Below are positions 57,899-64,000 of a stretch of DNA of 64,000 nucleotides, in pieces. The stretch comes from an uncultured Chloroflexia bacterium (lineage in GTDB: Bacteria > Chloroflexota > Limnocylindria > Limnocylindrales > CSP1-4): positions 157,231 to 221,230 of the forward strand of contig CAWFNQ010000001.1 of assembly GCA_963817245.1 (NCBI GenBank), written 5' to 3'. How positions within the stretch are numbered: position 1 is the first letter of the stretch; each line of letters opens with the position of its first letter. A program made the position numbers and the translations under genes. The notes beneath the pieces are model-generated. The model saw nothing but the letters and a program-made list of their open reading frames with translations, did no database searches and was not told where the DNA came from.

Positions 57899-59446
57899 AT
57901 GGCCATGACACAGGTCGCAGAACCGGGCGCCGTCCGTTCGGACATCCCGACGCCGGGTCGCATCAGCCATTGGATCGGGGGCGCCCCCGTCGCCGGCACG
58001 TCCGGTCGCGAAGGGCCGGTCTACGACCCCGCCACGGGCCAGCTGACCAGGTACGTCGACTTCGCCTCCGTCGACGAGGTCGCCGCCGCGGTCGCGACGG
58101 CGAAGGCCGCGTTCCCGGCCTGGCGCGCGACGTCGCTCTCCAAGCGGACCGAGATCATGTTCCGCATCCGGAACCTGGTCGAGGCCCATCGCAAGGAGCT
58201 CGCGGCGCACCTCACGGCCGAGCACGGCAAGGTCCCCTCGGATGCGCTGGGCGAGATCGCCCGCGGCATCGAGAACCTCGAGTTCGCGTGCGGCATCCCG
58301 AACCTGCTCAAGGGCGGCTTCAGCGAGCAGGTGTCCGGTGGCGTCGATGTCTACCAGATCCGCCAGCCGCTCGGCGTCGTGGCCGGGATCACCCCGTTCA
58401 ACTTCCCCGCGATGGTTCCGATGTGGATGTTCGCGACAGCCATCGCGTGCGGCAACACGTTCATCCTCAAACCCTCCGAGAAGGACCCGTCGGCCTCGGT
58501 GTTCCTGGGCGAGCTGCTCAAGGAGGCGGGCGTCCCGGACGGCGTCTTCAACGTCGTCCACGGGGACAAGGTCGCGGTCGATGCCATCCTGACCCACCCG
58601 GACATCGCCGCGGTCAGCTTCGTCGGCTCCACCCCGATCGCGCGGTACATCTACGAGACGGGCACCGCCCACGGCAAGCGCGTCCAGGCGCTCGGCGGCG
58701 CCAAGAACCACATGATCGTGCTGCCCGATGCCGATATCGACATGGCCGCCGACGCGGCGGTCTCGGCCGCCTATGGCTCGTCCGGGGAGCGCTGTATGGC
58801 GGTGGCCACGGTCGTGGCCGTCGGCGATGTGGGCGACCCGCTGGTCAAGGCCATCGAGGCGCGCCTGCCCAAGGTCAAGGTGGGTCCGGGCTCCGATCCC
58901 GAAGCCGAGATGGGCCCGCTCGTCACGAAGCAGCACCGCGACAAGGTCGCCTCGTACCTGGACTCCGCGCCGGCCCAGGGCGCCACGGTCGTGGCCGACG
59001 GCCGGTCCCACCCGCTGTACGGCGAGTCGGAGGGGTTCTTCCTCGGGGTGAGCCTCATCGACCACATCTCGACCCAGATGGACGCCTACCGCGATGAGAT
59101 CTTCGGCCCGGTCCTGACGGTCATGCGGGTCAAGACCTACGACGAAGCGGTGCGCCTGGTCAACGAGAATCCCTACGGCAACGGGACGGCGATCTTCACC
59201 CGGGACGGCGGCGCGGCCCGCCAGTTCCAGTTCGAGGTGAACGCCGGGATGGTCGGCATCAACGTGCCGATCCCCGTGCCGGTCGCGTATTACAGCTTCG
59301 GCGGCTGGAAGGCGTCGCTCTTCGGCGACCTGCACATGTATGGCCCCGAGGGCATCCAGTTCTACACGCGCGCCAAGATCGTGACGTCGCGCTGGCCGGA
59401 CCCGGGGACGAGCAAGGTCGACCTGGGCTTCCCGCGGACCCGCTGA
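57899..59446 (+). CDS. mmsA: CoA-acylating methylmalonate-semialdehyde dehydrogenase
   Basis: ISHWIGG...VYDPATG.....VDFAS..EV..AV..AK.AFPAWR.TS...R...MFR...L...H..ELA...T.EHGK...DA.GE..RG.E..EFACGIP.LLKG...VAGITPFNFPAMVPMWMF..AIACGNTFILKPSEKDP...GGAKNH.IV.PDAD...GERCMA...ENPYGNG.AIFT..G..AR.F....N.GMVGINVPIPVP.AYYSFGGWK.SLFGD. Confidence 0.85.
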   Translation: MAMTQVAEPGAVRSDIPTPGRISHWIGGAPVAGTSGREGPVYDPATGQLTRYVDFASVDEVAAAVATAKAAFPAWRATSLSKRTEIMFRIRNLVEAHRKELAAHLTAEHGKVPSDALGEIARGIENLEFACGIPNLLKGGFSEQVSGGVDVYQIRQPLGVVAGITPFNFPAMVPMWMFATAIACGNTFILKPSEKDPSASVFLGELLKEAGVPDGVFNVVHGDKVAVDAILTHPDIAAVSFVGSTPIARYIYETGTAHGKRVQALGGAKNHMIVLPDADIDMAADAAVSAAYGSSGERCMAVATVVAVGDVGDPLVKAIEARLPKVKVGPGSDPEAEMGPLVTKQHRDKVASYLDSAPAQGATVVADGRSHPLYGESEGFFLGVSLIDHISTQMDAYRDEIFGPVLTVMRVKTYDEAVRLVNENPYGNGTAIFTRDGGAARQFQFEVNAGMVGINVPIPVPVAYYSFGGWKASLFGDLHMYGPEGIQFYTRAKIVTSRWPDPGTSKVDLGFPRTR

Positions 59447-59514
59447 GCGGGTACGCTCCCGAACGGAGAGAGCGGGTCCGGCCCCGAACGCGCCGGCACA
59501 GGAGGGACGAACCC

Positions 59515-59777
59515 ATGGGTCTCATCGCCTGGATCATCGTGGGCGCCATCATCGGCGGCGCGGCAAACTGGATCATGAGCGGCGGCTTCGGCCTCATCGC
59601 CTCCGTCGTGATCGGGATCGTCGCCGCGGTCATCGCCGGCATATGTCGGCAATGCCGTCACGGGTCAGTCGGACGGGTTCTCGCTGAGCTGTCGTCAGCC
59701 TGATCATGGCGATCTTCTTCGCGATCATCGTGGTCGGGCTCGGCAAGACCGCCCTCGGACGCGGGGGCGAGGCTTGA
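59515..59777 (+). pseudogene. GlsB/YeaQ/YmgE family (transglycosylase-associated) small membrane stress protein, 2 frameshifts near 59645 and 59690
   Basis: MGLIAWIIVGAIIGGAANWIMSGGFGLIASVVIGIVAAVIAGI | VGNAVTGQSDGFSLS | VSLIMAIFFAIIVVGLGKTALGRGGEA-stop. AGGAGGGA lies upstream of the ATG. Confidence 0.7.
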
Positions 59778-59817
59778 GGGACGCCCTCCTGACGGCGCCC
59801 GGCTGGGTCGTCCTCCG

Positions 59818-61014
59818 ATGACCCAGCTCGGCGACCGAGCGGGGGCGGAACCGGCCGCCCTGGACCGGAACGCCCGCCGCGAACACCTGCGCAGCCGCGA
59901 CTGGACGCCGCGCCCCACGCTCACGGGCGCCGATTACACGAGCGAGGCCGTCTACGCGGACGAGCGCGAGCGCGTCTGGTTCGACAGCTGGGTCTGCATC
60001 GGCCGCGACGAGGAGTTCCCCAAGCCGGGTGACTTCCTGGTCCGGGAGATCAGCGGTGAGTCCGTCATCGTCACGCGGAACGCGGCCGGCGAGCCGCGGG
60101 CGTTCTACAACGTGTGCGCCCACCGCGGCACCAAACTCCTCGACGAGACCGGTGAGCTGTGCGGCCATGTCGGCAAGGCGTTCAAGTGCCCGTACCACGC
60201 CTGGTCGTTCGACCTCGACGGGCGGCTCATCGGGACCCCGAACGTCCATGAGGACGAGCACTTCGATCGCGAGTCGTACCCGCTCCACCCCGTCGCGGTG
60301 GGCTCGTACGCCGGGTTCGTGTTCGTCAACCTGTCCGACGCGCCGGAGCCGTTCCTCCCGTCGCTGCGTGAAGGCACGGAGAGCATCACGGTCTTCGACC
60401 GGTACCGGATCGACGAGCTGCGGATCGGCGTGCGGCTGCGCTACGAGGTAGCGGCGAACTGGAAGATCGTCGTCGAGAACTACAACGAGTGCCTCCACTG
60501 CCCGACGGTCCACCCGGAGCTCGTCTCGATCGTGCCGCTCTACCGGTTCGGCGAGGTCTGGGACGAGGAGACGCAGGACGACGGCAACTGGATGATCGAG
60601 GGGGCGTCGTCGTTCACGCGGACGGGGTCGAGCGACCTGCCGCCGCTGCCGGGGCTCGAGCCCGACGACTACCGCATGTACTACGGCACGTTCCAGTTCC
60701 CGAACCTGCTCCTCAACCTGCACCCCGACTGCGCGATGTACTACCTGCTGTTCCCGCAGGGGCCGGGCCGGACCACCGTGATCTCCGAGTACCTGTTCCG
60801 ACCGGAGACGATCGCGTCGGCGTCGTTCAAGCCGGACCCGGTCGTCGAGCTCTGGGACCTCATCTCGAAGCAGGATTGGATCATCTGCGAGCGGGCCCAG
60901 ACCGGCGTCGGCTCACGCGCCTACAAGACGGGCGTGTACCCGCGGCAGGACCGCTTCCTGTTCGACTTCAACGAGCGCTACCGCCGCGAGATGGGCCGCC
61001 CGACGATCGGCTAG
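59818..61014 (+). CDS. Rieske (2Fe-2S) non-heme-iron oxygenase, alpha-subunit type
   Basis: Rieske ligands CAHRG...CPYHAW. Mononuclear-iron region NYNECLHCPTVHPEL. No reductase or ferredoxin partner gene in the window. Confidence 0.8.
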   Translation: MTQLGDRAGAEPAALDRNARREHLRSRDWTPRPTLTGADYTSEAVYADERERVWFDSWVCIGRDEEFPKPGDFLVREISGESVIVTRNAAGEPRAFYNVCAHRGTKLLDETGELCGHVGKAFKCPYHAWSFDLDGRLIGTPNVHEDEHFDRESYPLHPVAVGSYAGFVFVNLSDAPEPFLPSLREGTESITVFDRYRIDELRIGVRLRYEVAANWKIVVENYNECLHCPTVHPELVSIVPLYRFGEVWDEETQDDGNWMIEGASSFTRTGSSDLPPLPGLEPDDYRMYYGTFQFPNLLLNLHPDCAMYYLLFPQGPGRTTVISEYLFRPETIASASFKPDPVVELWDLISKQDWIICERAQTGVGSRAYKTGVYPRQDRFLFDFNERYRREMGRPTIG

Positions 61015-61424
61015 GCGCCTCGGGCCGTTCCCGACCCGGCCTTGATCCGGCGCCAACCTCCCGCGCGGTTGTTCGCGATGATCTGGCGGAACATCGCCTG
61101 GAGCGGACGGGCCGGCACGCTGCCACCCGCGTAGACGGCGACGGTCCGGGCGGTCTGGTTGTCGTGGCCGGCCGTGATGATCCCCTCGGGATCCGGGACG
61201 ATCGCGCCGTCGTACAGGAACACGTTCACGTGATCCTTGGTCGCGAGCAGTGCGCAGATGTTGCCGTCGAGGACGAAGTAGGGCTGGACCGAGCGCTTGA
61301 TGGTCTCGACGACGGCGGGGTCCGCGTCGTGGACGAGATCGCGGACCTCGCGACAGATCGCCGCCTGCCAGTCGGGGAGCGCATCGATGTAGGCGTCGAC
61401 CCGCGGGTCCTTCGCGTATGCCAT
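61011..61424 (-). CDS. DUF1801 (YdhG-like) domain protein
   Basis: MAYAKDPRVDAYIDALPDWQAAICREVRDLVHDADPAVVETIKRSVQPYFVLDGNICALLATKDHVNVFLYDG. GAAGG lies upstream of the ATG at 61424. Its stop shares the CTAG at 61011-61014 with the convergent oxygenase gene. Confidence 0.65.
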   Translation of the reverse strand: MAYAKDPRVDAYIDALPDWQAAICREVRDLVHDADPAVVETIKRSVQPYFVLDGNICALLATKDHVNVFLYDGAIVPDPEGIITAGHDNQTARTVAVYAGGSVPARPLQAMFRQIIANNRAGGWRRIKAGSGTARGA

Positions 61425-61470
61425 CGAGCCGCCTTCGGTCACGCTAGCCGCCGTCGGCCAAGCTAGCCGC

Positions 61471-61903
61471 CTAGCCGCCTTCGATCAGCCGCTTGGCCGT
61501 GTCGAGGGCCGCCATCTCGCCGTCCATCGAGCGCTGGACCGCCCCGCCCATGAACAGGCTCTTGAGGCCTCCGAGCTCGGCGGAGAGGGAGAACGAGACC
61601 TCGCTCCCGCTCCCGGAAGGGGCGATCCGGAACTCGCCGACGGGCCGTGCCGGACCGGCGATGACCCGGAAGGCATACCGCGTCGGCGGCTCGTAGCCGG
61701 TCACCTCGATGTCGGCCGCGATGCCGCGACCGCCGGGTCCCTCGACGACCTGGTGGATCTTCGACCCGGCGCCGGCCGGGCCCGTCCGCCGAGATCTCCT
61801 TGACGTGCGTACGCCAGCGCCGGTCGTTGGCGGGGTCCGCGAAGAACGCGAACACCTTGTCGGGTGGTCGGTCGACCGTGATCGTGCGCGTTGCGGCAGG
61901 CAT
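61471..61903 (-). pseudogene. SRPBCC (polyketide cyclase/START-like) family protein, one frameshift near 61785
   Basis: AGGAGG lies upstream of the ATG at 61903. MPAATRTITVDRPPDKVFAFFADPANDRRWRTHVKEISADGP | AGAGSKIHQVVEGPGGRGIAADIEVTGYEPPTRYAFRVIAGPARPVGEFRI.... Confidence 0.65.
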
Positions 61904-61933
61904 GGCCGTGGGCCCTCCTTGACGCGTCCCCGC

Positions 61934-63331
61934 CTAGTTTGCGCGCGCGAAGTCCGCGGTGGCGCGCTTGACGAATTGGCCGGCCCCCTTGCGACCGGTG
62001 AACTGGCCGTCGCGGACGATGACCGCACCGCGGCTCAGCACGATGTCGCTGCCGCCCTGGACGGCGCGGCCCTCGTAGCACGAGTAGTCGACGTCCATGT
62101 GGTGGGTCGTCGCGGAGATCGTGTGCCGGCGGTCCGGGTCGTAGACGACGAGATCCGCGTCCGAGCCGATCGCGACGGCGCCCTTGCGCGGGTACATCCC
62201 GAAGAGCTTGGCCGGTGCCGTCGAGATGATCTCGACCCAGCGCTCCCGGCTGATCTTCCCGGCGACGACGCCGCCGTCGTGGAGCAGGTCGACCCGGTCC
62301 TCGACCCCCGGCAGCCCGTTGGGGATCTTCCGGAAGTCGCCGACCCCGAGCTCCTTCTGGCCGTGGAAGTCGAACGGGCAGTGGTCGGTCGAGACGAGCT
62401 GGAGATCGTCCTTGACGAGGCCATGCCAGAGGTCGTCCCACGTCTCCTTCGGCCGGAGCGGCGGCGAGCACACGAACTTGGCGCCGTTGAACCCGCCGCC
62501 CAGGTCGTCGAGCGAGAGGAACAGGTATTGCGGGCACGTCTCGGCGAAGGCCGGCGTCCCCCGATCACGCGCCGCGCGCACCTCGGCGAGGGCGTCCGAG
62601 GCCGACAGGTGGACGATGTAGACGGGGACGCCGGCGGCCTCGGCGAGGCGGATGACGCGGTTCGTCGCCTCGCCCTCGAAGACGGCCTTGCGGGCCAGGC
62701 CGTGCCCGATCGGGTCGGTCGTGCCGGCCGCCACGGTCTGCTCGGCGACGACGTCGATGGCCATGCCGTTCTCGGCGTGCATCATGATCAGCCCGCCGTT
62801 CTTCGCGGTCTGCTGCATCGCCCGGAAGATCGCCCCGTCGTCGCTGTAGAAGACGTTCGGGTAGGCCGTGAACAGCTTGAAGTCGGGGACGCCCTCGGCG
62901 ACGAGCCCGTCCATCTCGGCGAGCGTGCCGTCGTTGACGTCGCTCATGATCATGTGGAAGCCGTAGTCGGCGACGGCGTTGCCCTCGGCCTTGGCGTGCC
63001 ACGCGTCGAGGCCCTCGCGCAGCGACTTGCCGCGCGACTGGACGGCGAAATCGACGACCGTGGTCGTCCCGCCGAACGCCGCGGCACGCGTGCCCGTCTC
63101 GAAGGTGTCCTTCGCGAACGTGCCGCCGAACGGCAGCTCCATGTGGGTATGGACGTCGATCCCGCCCGGGATGACGTACTTGCCGGACGCGTCGATGGTC
63201 TCGTCGGCCGTCACGCCGGTCGCGGCGAGGTCGGCACCGATCGCGGCGATCGTCTCGCCGTCGATGAGCACGTCCGCCGCGGTCGAGCCTTCGGCGGTGA
63301 CGATCGTGCCGTTGGTGATGAGCGTGCGCAT
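61934..63331 (-). CDS. hydA: Dihydropyrimidinase / D-hydantoinase
   Basis: AGGAGG lies upstream of the ATG. MRTLITNGTIVTAEGSTAADVLIDGETIAAIG...GKYVIPGGIDVHTHMELPFGGT...FKLFTAYP...MMHAENG...VPVYIVHLS...FAETCPQYL...VCSPPLR...LVSTDHCPF.... Confidence 0.85.
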   Translation of the reverse strand: MRTLITNGTIVTAEGSTAADVLIDGETIAAIGADLAATGVTADETIDASGKYVIPGGIDVHTHMELPFGGTFAKDTFETGTRAAAFGGTTTVVDFAVQSRGKSLREGLDAWHAKAEGNAVADYGFHMIMSDVNDGTLAEMDGLVAEGVPDFKLFTAYPNVFYSDDGAIFRAMQQTAKNGGLIMMHAENGMAIDVVAEQTVAAGTTDPIGHGLARKAVFEGEATNRVIRLAEAAGVPVYIVHLSASDALAEVRAARDRGTPAFAETCPQYLFLSLDDLGGGFNGAKFVCSPPLRPKETWDDLWHGLVKDDLQLVSTDHCPFDFHGQKELGVGDFRKIPNGLPGVEDRVDLLHDGGVVAGKISRERWVEIISTAPAKLFGMYPRKGAVAIGSDADLVVYDPDRRHTISATTHHMDVDYSCYEGRAVQGGSDIVLSRGAVIVRDGQFTGRKGAGQFVKRATADFARAN

Positions 63332-63472
63332 CGGTCCCTCCTGGACGACGGCGTCGGGTCGGTCAGGAGGCAGATGGTAGGCGATGGCCGACGGCTGGGA
63401 CGGCCTTCGATGCGCGGTTCGGGCCGCCGCGGCGGCCGGTCACGGGCAGGGCGCGGCGAGCGCGCCCGCCGG

Positions 63473-63658
63473 TCAGAGGCCCAGTTGGTGGACCAGCGGC
63501 ATGAGATCGCGCATCCACGCCGCGGCAACGAGGCCGCAGGCGGCGACGGCCATCGTGACCGCGACCAGGCTCTCGAACAGCACCCGTCGCCGGGTCCGCT
63601 TGGCGCCGGTCCCCTCGAGTCCCCACCACGGATCGTGCGCGCCATGTCGTCGGATCAT
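63473..63658 (-). CDS. 61-aa single-TM protein of unknown function
   Basis: GGGAGG lies 7 nt upstream of the ATG at 63658. Sequence: MIRRHGAHDPWWGLEGTGAKRTRRRVLFESLVAVTMAVAACGLVAAAWMRDLMPLVHQLGL. Confidence 0.4.
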   Translation of the reverse strand: MIRRHGAHDPWWGLEGTGAKRTRRRVLFESLVAVTMAVAACGLVAAAWMRDLMPLVHQLGL

Positions 63659-63840
63659 GCCGATGCCTCCCAGTCGTCCTTCGCCCGCGCCCTCCAGCGC
63701 CGGGTCGTCAAGGGATGGACGGCCATCGTCTCGCATGTCGGGTACCGATGACCACCCTGACATCCGGCCCATACGGGCGAGGCGAGCGCGGTGGGTCCCG
63801 CGCCGGGTCCGGGTCCGCGCCGTCCGGGCTCGGCCGCCGG

Positions 63841-64000
63841 TCAGGCGGGAACGTCCGACGCGGCCTCGGCGTTCGGCTCGGCGACGACCACGGACCGCCC
63901 GCCCGGCTCCATGATCCGGCCGCGCCAGCGCGGTGCCCGCCCGATGACGTGGTCGACGATCCCGGCCAGCTGCCCGAGCAGCGTCAGGCCCACCGTCACC
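63841..64000 (-). CDS. 3' end of a gene that starts beyond the right edge (C-terminal fragment with a hydrophobic segment, possibly a transporter)
   Basis: Hand translation of the minus strand gives ...VTVGLTLLGQLAGIVDHVIGRAPRWRGRIMEPGGRSVVVAEPNAEAASDVPA-stop (TGA at 63843-63841). Too short to assign a family. Confidence 0.3.
   Translation of the reverse strand, partial: VTVGLTLLGQLAGIVDHVIGRAPRWRGRIMEPGGRSVVVAEPNAEAASDVPA

Noticed and set aside
61444-61479. Three copies of CTAGCCGCC (61444, 61463, 61471) between the DUF1801 and SRPBCC genes
   Set aside because: Too short and too few to be a CRISPR or other repeat array. On the minus strand they read GGCGGCTAG, that is Gly-Gly-stop in two frames at the end of the frameshifted SRPBCC gene. 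This is probably a small local duplication or slippage. Noted as a curiosity only.
61709-63751. 680-aa plus-strand ORF
   Set aside because: It is antisense to the dihydropyrimidinase and SRPBCC genes. Its composition is Arg/Asp/Gly/Val-rich low-complexity. The minus-strand genes have strong AGGAGG sites and clear family motifs.

Overview
Very GC-rich (judged by eye, not computed), almost fully coding bacterial chromosome segment. Its style is Actinomycetota-like or similar high-GC: many GTG/TTG starts, at least 14 gene pairs with 1-8 nt start/stop overlaps, a SARP regulator, an RskA-type anti-sigma factor and Lgt. I can support about 64 protein genes, one SAM-I riboswitch, a few promoters and operator-like palindromes, and several hairpin terminators. 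I found no rRNA, tRNA, CRISPR array, transposase, integrase or phage gene. Gene order: YcaQ-like fragment; MarR + RND efflux permease; an AI-2E/SPFH/small acidic protein/SHOCT operon with a divergent PLDc_N-SHOCT gene; a five-gene membrane operon (4-TM paralog, Vps62-like coiled-coil membrane protein, PLD, DUF360-alkaline-phosphatase phosphodiesterase, 4-TM paralog); sufB-sufD-Rieske; ornithine cyclodeaminase coupled to a penicillin-acylase-family Ntn hydrolase; ferritin-like/VIT iron transporter, cupin; Lrp - ECF sigma - anti-sigma; lgt + two PlsC acyltransferases; cystathionine beta-synthase, GNATs, UbiA prenyltransferase, cystathionine gamma-lyase family; lhgO; a complete-looking non-phosphorylative L-fucose-type catabolic island (extended SDR, FAH hydrolase, AKR dehydrogenase, cog3618 lactonase, IclR, ABC importer, L-fuconate dehydratase, mutarotase); a SAM-I riboswitch controlling a ThrC-like enzyme plus a CysO/MoaD-type sulfur carrier; pckA, mdh, a large S8 peptidase, SARP, a second lgt paralog, mmsA, a Rieske oxygenase, dihydropyrimidinase. 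The most interesting items are the riboswitch-controlled ThrC-like/sulfur-carrier pair (candidate thiocarboxylate-dependent homocysteine synthesis) and the membrane operon bracketed by paralogs, whose function is unknown. Global caveat: at least 16 genes, including sufB, can be read only by switching frame (about 35 switches; 8 in the RND gene). I label these pseudogene, but assembly indels are at least as likely. All family names come from my own reading of the translated ORFs; no search was run.
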